Assembly: GCA_018817645.1 (NCBI GenBank)
Contig: JAHITK010000006.1
Location: forward strand, 1-48,589
From: Patescibacteria group bacterium
GTDB lineage: Bacteria > Patescibacteriota > Minisyncoccia > Minisyncoccales > PEYH01
Direction: 5' to 3'
DNA length: 48,589 nucleotides
The notes beneath the pieces were generated by a model. That model had not been told where the DNA came from. It searched no databases and saw only the letters and a list, made by a program, of their open reading frames with translations. Below are positions 9,952 to 19,537 of this stretch, piece after piece. The translations under genes and the position numbers were made by a program. How positions within the stretch are numbered: position 1 is the stretch's first letter; every line of letters starts with the position of its first letter.

Positions 9952-9979
9952 TAGACGAAGAAACCCGCCAAACGTTACA
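9952..9979 (-). promoter_or_regulatory. ECF-sigma-type promoter (TGTAAC-N16-CGTCTA)
   Basis: Minus strand reads tgtaac gtttggcgggtttctt cgtcta, matching the AAC / CGT pattern of SigW/SigX-like ECF promoters. Confidence 0.7.
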
Positions 9980-10030
9980 GTTGAAAGTCAGAACTTGACC
10001 TTATCGCCTGTGGATAACTTTCCCCAAAAA

Positions 10031-10118
10031 ATTACGAGGCCGGGCCTCGTAGTGAGAATCCTTATATCTGGCGTGGGTTCCGACGTTTTACGAAAATTAC
10101 GAGGCCCGGCCTCGTAGT
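10031..10118. repeat. REP doublet, copy 1
   Basis: attacgaggccgggcctcgt-agtgagaatcc...-attacgaggcccggcctcgtag; unit period 65. Confidence 0.9.
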
Positions 10119-10129
10119 GACCTTGTCAG

Positions 10130-10627
10130 CTACCTCGCGCCTTCTTTCAGCTGTTCCATCGCTCTGTGAAGCAATACTCTTGTTGCTCCCTTGGACTTTC
10201 CGAGTATTTTGGCAATCTCGCCAATAGACAACCCGTCCACATAGCGCCAAACAACCACATTCTGATAATCCTCTTTAAGGGCGTTGAGCCCTTGTTTTAC
10301 GATTTCCAAAGCAGCGTCCTGTTTCTCCTGCGCCTCAATAGGCGCGGTCATATCCTCTATTTCTTTAGTGTCCTCAATCGATATTGTCCTCATCTCTTTA
10401 TTGGTCCGGTAAAAATCAATGACTAAATGCCGGGCCGTAGTATAAAGATAAGCTCTTGGATTTTTTATTTTATCTTCCTGCTGAAAACTCTTCCAGGTTT
10501 TCAAAAAGACCTCGGAAGTCAAATCCTCGGCAATCTCCTGGGAACTGACTTTAATAGAAATAAAACGATAGATGCTCTCCACATAGTTATCGTATATCTT
10601 ACTGAATTTTTTTTGCTTTTTATCCAT
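10130..10627 (-). CDS. ECF RNA polymerase sigma-70 factor
   Basis: Region 2 (AEDLTSEVFLKTW...YLYTTARHLVIDFYR) and region 4 (GLSIGEIAKILGKSKGATRVLLHRA). Confidence 0.95.
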   Translation of the reverse strand: MDKKQKKFSKIYDNYVESIYRFISIKVSSQEIAEDLTSEVFLKTWKSFQQEDKIKNPRAYLYTTARHLVIDFYRTNKEMRTISIEDTKEIEDMTAPIEAQEKQDAALEIVKQGLNALKEDYQNVVVWRYVDGLSIGEIAKILGKSKGATRVLLHRAMEQLKEGAR

Positions 10628-10735
10628 TATTTATTTAAACAATAATGTCCGGATTCTTTTCTGGACAGGTGGATAACTTGTGGACATATTGTGGACAATA
10701 ATATTTTATGTCCGACATCTGTCCGCAATCCAATT

Positions 10736-11341
10736 TTATTTTAAAACATATAAAACATCATCTCTGCCCTCCCTGATTCTGTCTATCGCCCCTTTATTAA
10801 TCAATGCGCTTAGGTCTCGACGCAAAGTTCTGGAACTTAAAGAAGCAAACATGCTTTTGATTTCTGACAAGGAAAGCTGATTTTTCGCCTTTAACAATTC
10901 TAAAACCTGTTTTTGCCTTACAAAAGGATTGGAGGAGGCCCTGTTAACAGTCCTATTTTCCTCCGGTTTTTTATCCACCGCAACCGAGGGAAAACTGATT
11001 TTCCCCAATATTTCTGCCTCTTTTTTCACTGCTTTTACCGGATTTTCCGGCAAACTCCTTATAAAATCCATTATTTTACCATATTCCCTCCTTAAAACCA
11101 AAAAATTCTTGCTGTTCACCCAGTTTTGTTTTTCGGCTATGGAAAGATAAGCGAAAAGAACTTCAATCCCCTTGCTGATATTCTTTTTATTGCCCGGGTT
11201 TATCCCCGAACAGATAAAATCAGCTAAAATATTATTAGCTTTTTGCCTGATTTGAGCTTGCAGGGGCTCGTTTTCAGGGAAATTCCCAGTCACCTGATAC
11301 ACGGCAACTGTTAATCTTATAGCGTCCTCCTTGCAGAACAT
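10736..11341 (-). CDS. Four-helix-bundle-like N-domain fused to a C-terminal DeoR-type HTH
   Basis: Likely start MFCKED. AVYQVTGNFPENEPL resembles 4HB N-termini; RQKQVLELLK...SSRTLRRDLSALINKG is a DeoR-like HTH. Confidence 0.75.
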   Translation of the reverse strand: MFCKEDAIRLTVAVYQVTGNFPENEPLQAQIRQKANNILADFICSGINPGNKKNISKGIEVLFAYLSIAEKQNWVNSKNFLVLRREYGKIMDFIRSLPENPVKAVKKEAEILGKISFPSVAVDKKPEENRTVNRASSNPFVRQKQVLELLKAKNQLSLSEIKSMFASLSSRTLRRDLSALINKGAIDRIREGRDDVLYVLK

Positions 11342-11369
11342 AGTTAAAGAGTAAAAGCGCTCAACAACT

Positions 11370-11951
11370 TCAGAAATCGGCATCCCAGACCAATTCGGTA
11401 AAATTCTTCAGGTTTTCAAGCTGGCTCGCGTTGAGGTTTAATGATTTATTCACCGCTTCTGCTATCAAATCCTCTGAAATGGCAATGCTTTCCCCTGTTT
11501 TAATCTCTCTCTCGCCAATGCGATTCTGAATATAGTCCTCGCAAAAAATCTTTTGCTCGGCGCTAAGAGTGACCGAACTTCCGCTCAAATACTCTCTTAA
11601 AGCCCGGCGGGCAAGATGGGTAATGCCGTCTCCGTTTTCAGCAACTTCCTCATATTTCTTTCCAGCAGAGATAATAAGGGAATTATCATTATTACTCTCG
11701 GCGCTGCTGATTTCTTCCGTCTCGCTGTCAGTAATGCCTATGGACAACGCCCCTTCTTTCTCGGCTGCTTGCTCGCTTTCGTTAAAAGCAAGATTGTCTG
11801 TGCCTATACTGGAGAACATATTTATCTTGTATTCTGCCAGTTTTCCCGAAAACTTGAGAAAAACAAAAGTAGAGGCCACTGCTAATACAAATACTGCTAC
11901 CAGGACCATAGTAAAAATTCCCCTCCGATGTTGAAACATAGTAAGCTCCAT
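11370..11951 (-). CDS. Membrane-anchored hypothetical protein
   Basis: N-terminal TM segment, acidic linker, AENGDGITHLARRAL (LysM-like start). Confidence 0.7.
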   Translation of the reverse strand: MELTMFQHRRGIFTMVLVAVFVLAVASTFVFLKFSGKLAEYKINMFSSIGTDNLAFNESEQAAEKEGALSIGITDSETEEISSAESNNDNSLIISAGKKYEEVAENGDGITHLARRALREYLSGSSVTLSAEQKIFCEDYIQNRIGEREIKTGESIAISEDLIAEAVNKSLNLNASQLENLKNFTELVWDADF

Positions 11952-12056
11952 ATTTTTATTATTAAATTATCTTTCTTTACTTTAATCAATTTTAGATTTT
12001 TGTAAAGCCCTTTTGTCCTCTTTGGCGAGTCGGACAATATGCGGACAAAAAGTCAA

Positions 12057-12081
12057 AGTTCCCAACTGGAAGTCGGGAACT
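12057..12081. repeat. Short palindrome with 3-nt loop (REP-like)
   Basis: agttcccaact-gga-agtcgggaact. Confidence 0.55.
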
Positions 12082-12093
12082 ACTATTTAAGGG

Positions 12094-12410
12094 GGCAGAA
12101 AATCTCTGCCAAAGAACTGCTTAGCAAAGAACAATAGAATGGCATGCGGGGAGGGCGGCTTATACGGACTTCCCTCCCCTGACTCTTTTTGAGAATCTTT
12201 GTTGCGAACTTAGCCTGTTGCGTTACTCGAGAAAGCCTACTTAAAGCCCTCGCTCGCAGCCGACTCTCTTGCCTGTGGAGTAGCCACTACTTACCGCTCG
12301 AGGGGGAGAAAGCGACTAGCAGAACTCCCGCCTTTAGTCCGTCAACCACGGAGGTTGGAGGTATGCCGTCCCCCCGAAAAAAGGAGGACTGACACAGTTC
12401 TCTTGCTATT
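12094..12410 (-). ncRNA. Candidate structured ncRNA, paralog A
   Basis: GC-rich intergenic region with its own promoter; several hairpins containing G-U pairs on the minus strand; collinear motifs shared with 13200-13522. Confidence 0.6.
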
Positions 12411-12414
12411 TTCA

Positions 12415-12442
12415 ATTGTACATTCAAATTAACTCCTGTCAA
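12415..12442 (-). promoter_or_regulatory. Sigma-70 promoter TTGACA-N16-TACAAT
   Basis: Minus strand ttgaca ggagttaatttgaatg tacaat; points into ncRNA A. Confidence 0.7.
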
Positions 12443-12484
12443 ATGAATCAACAGATAGGCCCTGTGGAAAACTCCCCCTCAAAA

Positions 12485-12571
12485 ATTACGAGGCCGGGCC
12501 TCGTAGTGAGAATCCATTGATTTGACGCGGTTTCCGCCAAATGCAAAAATTACGAGGCCCGGCCTCGTAAT
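12485..12571. repeat. REP doublet, copy 2
   Basis: Same 23-bp palindromes, period 64, spacer type aatccattgatttgacgcggtttccgcc. Confidence 0.9.
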
Positions 12572-12666
12572 TACCCCTCATAATTTCCTTAAAATTTCAA
12601 TTTATAAAAAGGTCCGCCTCGCGACTCGCGAACGAAGCGGACACCCAGACACAACGCCCAAAAGAA

Positions 12667-13080
12667 CTAATTCCTGACAGAATTTTCAGCCCCATCAATA
12701 TACTCCACATATATTCTCCGCCTCTCTGCCTCTTTGACCAATCTCTCGTCAAACACTCCGTTAGGAGTGTTGACTATTGAGATGCCTCCTTCTCGGTTTA
12801 AGGCCGCGACCCTGGTAACCAACTGGCCTGGCTCCTCAACCCCGTCAAGCCAAGTTATGGTTGGATAGGGGCGCCAGAGGCCACCATCGCCAACACTTAC
12901 CTCTGCCGTCCTAAGCACCCTTAATCTCCCTATGTTGTCACAAACCACTGAAACCCCCATGGGATAGTTGCAAGCGCAGGGAAGATCTACAGTATCACTT
13001 CTATCAAACCGGAGCGTGATGATTTTATCCGACCTTCCTCTCATTTCGTCCGGCATTGAAAAAATTCTCTTTCCTGGCAT
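12667..13080 (-). CDS. Hypothetical protein
   Basis: ATG at 13080 preceded by SD AGGAGG; lies between the two candidate ncRNAs; hairpin downstream at 12613-12641. Confidence 0.6.
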   Translation of the reverse strand: MPGKRIFSMPDEMRGRSDKIITLRFDRSDTVDLPCACNYPMGVSVVCDNIGRLRVLRTAEVSVGDGGLWRPYPTITWLDGVEEPGQLVTRVAALNREGGISIVNTPNGVFDERLVKEAERRRIYVEYIDGAENSVRN

Positions 13081-13199
13081 TTTCCCTCCTTTATTTTTAC
13101 GCGGCAAAGATTTAAATAAATCCTGTTTCTAATTTCATCTTACTCACCTATAATTTAAAGTCAACTTTTTGATAAATATATTGCTCTAAGAAAGAAACA

Positions 13200-13522
13200 A
13201 GTCCTCGGCATTGCCAAGGACTCTTCGGGTTAACGGCGAGCGATAATGAATAACGCTCGAAAGGTGCTGGAAAGAACAAACAAAGAACACTGAAAGTGGT
13301 ATGCGGGAGGGGCGGCTTAATAACGGACCACCTCCCTTGCTCTGAGAAGGAGAGCGCAGTGTTTGTCAGTCACTACGCCGGGCTCTTGTCAACGCGTATT
13401 AGCGTTGAGCCCTCAAAGAGCAACCACCGCTCGCGCTTGCCGCTCAGGTGTAAGGAGGTTACCTTGAACCACCTTAGTCCGCAAACCCGTCTGCCAAGGA
13501 GGATAAACAGAACGGTGTCTTA
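13200..13522 (-). ncRNA. Candidate structured ncRNA, paralog B (includes 3' terminator hairpin 13200-13222)
   Basis: Motifs CGGACTAA, GAGCGGCAAG, GGTCCGTTATTAAGCCGCCCCTCCCGCATACCA and tandem GTTCTTT, collinear with paralog A; ends in agtccttgg-caatg-ccgaggact plus a U-rich tract. Confidence 0.6.
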
Positions 13523-13527
13523 TTTTT

Positions 13528-13555
13528 ATTATGCATCTAATTAAAACTTTGTCAA
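13528..13555 (-). promoter_or_regulatory. Sigma-70 promoter TTGACA-N16-CATAAT
   Basis: Minus strand ttgaca aagttttaattagatg cataat; points into ncRNA B. Confidence 0.7.
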
Positions 13556-13609
13556 GACAAAATCCGCTATTCTTGGCGGATTTAGCGGACCGGTGGAAAA
13601 CTTTCCCCA

Positions 13610-13640
13610 AAAAATTACCCGCCCCAGGCGGGTAATTTTT
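13610..13640. repeat. REP-like palindrome, family 2
   Basis: aaaaattacccgcc-cca-ggcgggtaattttt; relatives at 1659, 22031, 42037 and 45249. Confidence 0.75.
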
Positions 13641-13686
13641 ACTGCAATGATTATTTATAATATAAACCAACTAATTTAAGAACTTA

Positions 13687-16600
13687 TTAGGGACTTAAAA
13701 ACACGGTTCCATCCTTGCCGCTATATGATGCGTTGTCTGAATTCGCTCCGCCAAGTGCTGCTATCACTCCTGTGAATCCGCCCATATTCCCATAAATAGC
13801 AATTCTTCCTCCACCGCCTCCACCGCTGATAGAAGACGCTGATCCTCCATTCGCCGATATGGTCCCCGCTCCCTCAATAGCGCCGGCCGAGAGATAAATG
13901 GTCCCACCACTCCCGGCGCCACTTGCAGGATAACCACTGGTGTGCGGGATACCATTATCGCCATTAGATGAAATTACTCCGTTAATAATAATCTCGCCCG
14001 CAATAGTTATCTTAATTTTCCCACCGCCGTTTCCTCCTTTCCTTGTCTCGGTTGAATTGCCTCCGCCAGAACCGAAATCATCCGGCATTTGCTCGTCTCC
14101 ATACGGCTGACCGAATCCGGATGAAGGATAATTCCTCCCGCCCAAACCGCCATAACTTCCGCCATATGCGATAATGCCGGCTCCCGGCCCTTCTTCGGCA
14201 AGATAGCCAAGTCCTGCAGACGAAATTGCAGAACCGCTGTCTATCGCCAAAGAGTTGCTTTGAATCAAAATATTTGCCGTGATTTCACTATCTTCCAAAG
14301 TAATATTATTCCCTTCCATAGTCACAATCTTTTGATTCTGGCCGACAAGTTGAGATTGACTTAAACCAAACGTATCGCCAATATTTATTGCCGTATCGTC
14401 TGATGCTATTAAAGTCACGCTATCTTGAACATCAAGATTCGCGCAACTCAATTGATTAGGCAAATAAAAATTCGCGCCTCCCTTAATGGCTATATCGCTG
14501 AAAATATAACTATCATTGCTCAAAATTATTGCGCCATTGCGCCCGTTATTATCAATAACCAAATTTCCTGTTTCCCCTTGGCTCATAAAGACGGTTCCCG
14601 GACCTCCGTTAACAACATTGTCCGCGTCCTCTCCGCCGAATGCTTGAATATTCCCAGTAAAATTATTTGCATCATAATAAATCGCGACTCTTCCTCCTCC
14701 GCCAGCCCCAGAACCGGACGAAGATCCTCCTCCATTTGCCCTGATGATGCCTGTTCCTGATAAGACGCTTGTTGTTATATAGACAGACCCGCCGCTCCCA
14801 GCGCCAGTGGAAGCAGGCCCGCCAAAACTATGCAGGAGTCCGTCCTCCCCATTGGCCGAGATAAGGCCGTTATTTAATAATTCTCCTTGCACATCTAAAA
14901 TAATCGCTCCTCCGCCAGCTCCTCCTCGCCGATACGTGCTGAAGCCCGGGACTTCGGGATTCCCTAAGGCGCCTGACCCAAGATCTGCAGGGAATTCTAA
15001 ATCGCCGTAAATAAATAATCTCGGATCCCCTCCATTTCTTCCACCAATGCCCCCATGGCTTGCGCCTGTCTGGCTCGCAAAACTTACGCCCGGTCCCTGA
15101 TCAGACAAATAACCGTTCCCGTCAGCCAGAATCCCTGCGCTATTATCAATAGTGATGTTGTCCGCTATTATCTTAACTCCCTTAAAGGGTTCTAAAGAAA
15201 TATCAGAGTTAACAAATAAATTAATTCCTTCAAGAATCACCAAATCTTTAAAAACATATTCGCCTGCGCTAAGAGCTATGTCTTGAGAAATCTCTGTAAG
15301 GGGGTCGTATTCATCTATTATCCCATCGTTGTCCAAATCAGAATACAAAGAAAAATTTCTTTGCTTCGGAGAGGGTTCCTGCTCTTCAAAATCGTTACTA
15401 TTATCGTTTGTGTCTATATATCGCAAATAACCATCTCTGTCCGGGGACAATTTCCGTGCCAAACTTTTATCACTTGAACTCGTTGCTGCCTGTGTCTCAA
15501 AAACAAGCGGTTCGCCCCAACCAAGAGCGTCAATCTTGCAATCTATCGCTGCCTGCGTGGTGGTTGCTTGGCCTGGATTGCAAGAAAAAACCGCGGCCGC
15601 TCCTGCCTCGTCGCTTAAATGAGTTTGATACGGCTTCCAATCCGATTCTTCTTCTGAATAATCGCCCATTCCTACAAGAAAATATTCCTTTGCTTGAATT
15701 ATGGAGGTGCTCGTGGGAAATTCTTTGTTTAAAAATGGATTATTCCAATCACGGCCCGCTGAAAAATAACTGAAATAAAACCCGGATAAGGAAAACTCCT
15801 GTTCAAGGGGGTTATAGAGCTCAACAAATTCTTCACTGCCAGCAGACCGCACTTCAGAAATTATTAAATCTTGGGCAAAAACATTTTCCTCAAGTGATTC
15901 TGTTAATGTCAAAATAATTGTCACTAAGCCCGACTGATCGCCATCGGCATCCTGCGCCCGAATATTGATAGTGTTTTGACCGGACACCAGGGTGACCGTA
16001 ATCTGCCACTCATTATTTTCGTCAACCAAGATTTCTTGACTGTCCAAAATAATAATATCGCCTGACCGGGCTGTACCCTCAATAAGTATCTGCACTCCTC
16101 CGGCCTCACTGTCAACATCATCGCTCGGACTAAATGAATCCCCGTCGTTGGGAGAAATAATTTCCGGCAAAGGGGGTCCGCTTAAATTAACATAACTAAA
16201 AGTATCTCCTTCCTCTGCCTCGGACCATGCCTCAATATTGCCTGCCAAATCAACGGCTCGCGACCTAAAATAATAAGCATGACTGTCAGCTCCGCTAAAA
16301 TCCGCGCTTGTCCCTTGGACAGCGATTTGCCAGTCCTGCCAAGAACCTGCCAGGCCATCCTTAAATTGGATATCATAATCGGCAATGCCCGACTCATCAC
16401 TGCCCGACCAAGTCACGATGAAATTAGCCGAGGATTGGGAGACGTCTAACTCCAATACTTGAGAAAGAGGGGCTAAAGTATCTAATATAATTGAAGATGA
16501 GTTGCCGAGAGGACTGATGTTCCCAGCCATATCTTTGCTCCAGACATAAACAGTTTTCGAACCATCAGCCTCTGATAAAGCAAATATCTCTGGTTTTTCG

Positions 16601-19527
16601 TTTTGCCAATCAGGATCATCTACGCTGGGTTTTCCAGGGTCTTCTGACAAAAACCATTCTGATCCCTCTTCGGTGCTAGAGGCCGAGACAGTCACTCCTA
16701 CAATTCTTTGATTGGTGTAAAATTCTGAATATGTGTCTATGTCAAACAAAGAAATATTCGGGCTTTCAATTGCAGTGTCAATAGCCCAAGCGTATTCAGC
16801 AGGAGTGAGATCGGTATTTAAAAATAAATCTGTTGCTTTGGATAAAAATTTATGTTGACCGTTATATAAACCCGGATACACTTTTGGAGACTCGCAGGAT
16901 TCCCAATCTTGACTATCTAATTTACATTCAAAACTACAATTTTCCTCATTCGCATGGAAGATAAAAATAGCTTGGGTCTGATTGGTTAAAAGGGGTGGGC
17001 CGGAAGTGATCTCGGTTTCAGGGGAGGTGTCGTCAATTTCTTTCAGAATATCCTCCAAAACCGGCTCTATAAAACTCTTGTTTTTTGATTTAGACGTAGG
17101 CTCCTGAATCTCAAAATCCTCACTATTGTTATCAGTGTCTTGATAGCCCCCCGAACCAATCGCCTTTCTTCCTAAGGATTGATAGAAGATAGAATGGGGA
17201 TAAGGCGTTCTTGCGCCAGTAAAACCAAGCCCGTCAAGCCATTCCCCAACCATATCTCTGCTTTTCGGATTATCGCCAAAGGCCTGGCCCTCAACAAACG
17301 GACTGTTATGACCTGTGCCCCAAGCTACAGCGTCAATGATGTTTTGACCCTGGTCAAGCAAGGCAACACTTTCGTCCTGGATGAGATAAGAAGTACTGAA
17401 AGTATCGGCCCCGACTGAAGAGGGATAATTCTCATCTTTGGAACCGGCCCATAAGAAATAACCTTCCCCAGGGATAGCACTTCCTCCGGGGAAAATCCGG
17501 ATTGAGGACTCTGCCCCATTTTGATTCCTCTTTCTTAAACGCCAACCACTAATATCTACGCTACTGCTTGAAGGGTTATAGAGTTCAATAAAGTCCTGAC
17601 CTTTTGTTTCTCCCTCAATCTGAACCTCGCTAATTAGAATCTTTGGAGAAGGGATTGATGAATGTCCGCCACTGCCGGAACCTCCACTTCCTCCGCTGCT
17701 TCCGCTTGCGCTGCCAGCTCCAGTATCCCCGATGGCGCCAGAATTTAAAAAGCTGCCTGTTTGCTCTTGCGCAAACAATCCTATCTCCCCCTTAGAATTC
17801 GTGGGCGAAGGCGACTCGTTGAGCGAAAAATCCGCGGCATTATTATTAGTGTCAATATGATTAGAACGCTCTAAACTCTTATTGGTTTCAAGTCCTTTTT
17901 GTAATATCTTTCCCTGCGCCTCTACGGCCGATTGAGGCGCGGACTGCTCCGGTTTTCCCCAACTCACTTTATCTAAAATATTTCCCTCATTGTCTGAAAC
18001 AATAACCCCGCTCACGCTGCTTAATTGAGCGCTGAAAACCGCGTCCCCTTGAACTTTTTTATTATCAATTATTAATTCTCCGCCGATTAAAAGAAAATAC
18101 CCTTTGGCAGGGATGATATTTTTATTCCAAGTAATTTTCTTTTTTGTTATATTATTGCTTGAATTGACCAACTGAAGTTGAAAATTGGCGTCGCTTAATT
18201 CAATCGGCGCATTGTTAGGGTTATAAATTTCAATAAATTCATTTTGGGCTTTATTAAGACCGGCGCAAACCTCGTTTATCAAAATATTCTGCCCGGTTTG
18301 TTGGTCTTGTCCGGGATCAAATTCTGCTGTTCCCGAAGATATCCCTCCTCCGACCTGTAAAAGATTTATTCTCTCTCCCAACGCATCTAATTGTTCCTGC
18401 AAGGACTCTATTTTTTCCATAAAAGCCAACAAATCATCCTCTGTAACTATGTCTTGCGCCTGTTCTTCCAATGCATTGTATTCGGCTTGACTAAGAAATG
18501 ATTTAAATGCGCGAAATTGTTCTAAGATATTGGCAATAAATTGGCCTAAGGCGCTGTCCGCGGACATGTCCAATGTCCCATCTTGATTATTTTCTATATC
18601 AGGAACATCTACCACTGAAGCTCCCGAGAAAAAATCGCCTATTCTTCCGAAAAAATTCTTTATTGTATCCCCGAGTTTTTCAAAAAATCCTTTTTCGTGA
18701 AAATCAAAATAAGGGACATTGTCCGGAAATTCAAGTTGAATATTGGGCTGAGATTTCCAAGAATAACTGTGGGTAATTTCACTCTGCCAGTAGCCAGCGC
18801 GCTCTCTATCCATTTCTCCGCGTATTGTCAAAACAAAAGGGGCGATCTTTTTGCCCTGCGCATAATCAGTAGAGTAATTCCAGCCAGTTCCCAATAAAGA
18901 TCCCCAGGAGCCTCGCGACTCCGGCGCTCCTATTGGCTCGGAAGAAAAAATTTTGATTACTGCCTCGCCTTGATTATCTGTTTCTGGATAATAAAAAATA
19001 ATATATTGAAACTGCTGTTTTTCTTTTTTGCCCTGAAAATTATTATAAGAAAAATCCAAATTCCCGGTGGCTACCTTGACCTCGTTCTCTTTTAACCACT
19101 GGCCAAGATAATTGACCGCTTGTTCAACGGTCAATTTTTCAATTTCTTTTATAACCTCTCCAATACTCTGGGTAAAAAATACTTTGCCAACCTTATATCC
19201 TAATTTGGCAATCTCTATTCCTACTTCTTTCGGACCCTCTATTAATAAATAATCTCTTATATTGTCCCTAACTGACTTTCGGACAATCATAGAGGCCGCT
19301 TCCTTTTCTGCACTGGCTACTGAAACCACTGATTCTATCCAAGTATCGGTTAATACTTGTGGAATGGTCCGTAAAATATTCTTTGCGTCTGTATTATTAA
19401 TATATATAAATTTATCTAAATCTTCGACGCTAAAATCATTATTACTTACCGCACTAACAGAGCCGACTCCTAATGTAAAAAGCCGTAACAGAATTAGTAA
19501 AAACAATAAAAAGATGGGCCTTCTCAT
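13687..19527 (-). CDS. Giant secreted surface protein: three lamin-tail domains, Ig/FN3-like domains, C-terminal Gly-rich repeats
   Basis: Signal peptide; three ILI(N/S)EV...(E/D)F(I/V)E(I/L)YNP...DT(N/D)NNxxDF blocks (LTD); DTSPETEITSGP and DESGIADYDIQ Ig-like modules; repeated GGGAI..ISANG..GAGSGG. Confidence 0.85.
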   Translation of the reverse strand: MRRPIFLLFLLILLRLFTLGVGSVSAVSNNDFSVEDLDKFIYINNTDAKNILRTIPQVLTDTWIESVVSVASAEKEAASMIVRKSVRDNIRDYLLIEGPKEVGIEIAKLGYKVGKVFFTQSIGEVIKEIEKLTVEQAVNYLGQWLKENEVKVATGNLDFSYNNFQGKKEKQQFQYIIFYYPETDNQGEAVIKIFSSEPIGAPESRGSWGSLLGTGWNYSTDYAQGKKIAPFVLTIRGEMDRERAGYWQSEITHSYSWKSQPNIQLEFPDNVPYFDFHEKGFFEKLGDTIKNFFGRIGDFFSGASVVDVPDIENNQDGTLDMSADSALGQFIANILEQFRAFKSFLSQAEYNALEEQAQDIVTEDDLLAFMEKIESLQEQLDALGERINLLQVGGGISSGTAEFDPGQDQQTGQNILINEVCAGLNKAQNEFIEIYNPNNAPIELSDANFQLQLVNSSNNITKKKITWNKNIIPAKGYFLLIGGELIIDNKKVQGDAVFSAQLSSVSGVIVSDNEGNILDKVSWGKPEQSAPQSAVEAQGKILQKGLETNKSLERSNHIDTNNNAADFSLNESPSPTNSKGEIGLFAQEQTGSFLNSGAIGDTGAGSASGSSGGSGGSGSGGHSSIPSPKILISEVQIEGETKGQDFIELYNPSSSSVDISGWRLRKRNQNGAESSIRIFPGGSAIPGEGYFLWAGSKDENYPSSVGADTFSTSYLIQDESVALLDQGQNIIDAVAWGTGHNSPFVEGQAFGDNPKSRDMVGEWLDGLGFTGARTPYPHSIFYQSLGRKAIGSGGYQDTDNNSEDFEIQEPTSKSKNKSFIEPVLEDILKEIDDTSPETEITSGPPLLTNQTQAIFIFHANEENCSFECKLDSQDWESCESPKVYPGLYNGQHKFLSKATDLFLNTDLTPAEYAWAIDTAIESPNISLFDIDTYSEFYTNQRIVGVTVSASSTEEGSEWFLSEDPGKPSVDDPDWQNEKPEIFALSEADGSKTVYVWSKDMAGNISPLGNSSSIILDTLAPLSQVLELDVSQSSANFIVTWSGSDESGIADYDIQFKDGLAGSWQDWQIAVQGTSADFSGADSHAYYFRSRAVDLAGNIEAWSEAEEGDTFSYVNLSGPPLPEIISPNDGDSFSPSDDVDSEAGGVQILIEGTARSGDIIILDSQEILVDENNEWQITVTLVSGQNTINIRAQDADGDQSGLVTIILTLTESLEENVFAQDLIISEVRSAGSEEFVELYNPLEQEFSLSGFYFSYFSAGRDWNNPFLNKEFPTSTSIIQAKEYFLVGMGDYSEEESDWKPYQTHLSDEAGAAAVFSCNPGQATTTQAAIDCKIDALGWGEPLVFETQAATSSSDKSLARKLSPDRDGYLRYIDTNDNSNDFEEQEPSPKQRNFSLYSDLDNDGIIDEYDPLTEISQDIALSAGEYVFKDLVILEGINLFVNSDISLEPFKGVKIIADNITIDNSAGILADGNGYLSDQGPGVSFASQTGASHGGIGGRNGGDPRLFIYGDLEFPADLGSGALGNPEVPGFSTYRRGGAGGGAIILDVQGELLNNGLISANGEDGLLHSFGGPASTGAGSGGSVYITTSVLSGTGIIRANGGGSSSGSGAGGGGRVAIYYDANNFTGNIQAFGGEDADNVVNGGPGTVFMSQGETGNLVIDNNGRNGAIILSNDSYIFSDIAIKGGANFYLPNQLSCANLDVQDSVTLIASDDTAINIGDTFGLSQSQLVGQNQKIVTMEGNNITLEDSEITANILIQSNSLAIDSGSAISSAGLGYLAEEGPGAGIIAYGGSYGGLGGRNYPSSGFGQPYGDEQMPDDFGSGGGNSTETRKGGNGGGKIKITIAGEIIINGVISSNGDNGIPHTSGYPASGAGSGGTIYLSAGAIEGAGTISANGGSASSISGGGGGGRIAIYGNMGGFTGVIAALGGANSDNASYSGKDGTVFLSP

Positions 19528-19537
19528 GCTCTCTTTT

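Noticed and set aside
12140-12180. RNase P RNA or twister ribozyme identity for the ncRNA pair
   Set aside because: GAAGTCCG and CGGCTTA lie on opposite strands and adjacent, unlike RNase P; twister core spacing and size do not fit.
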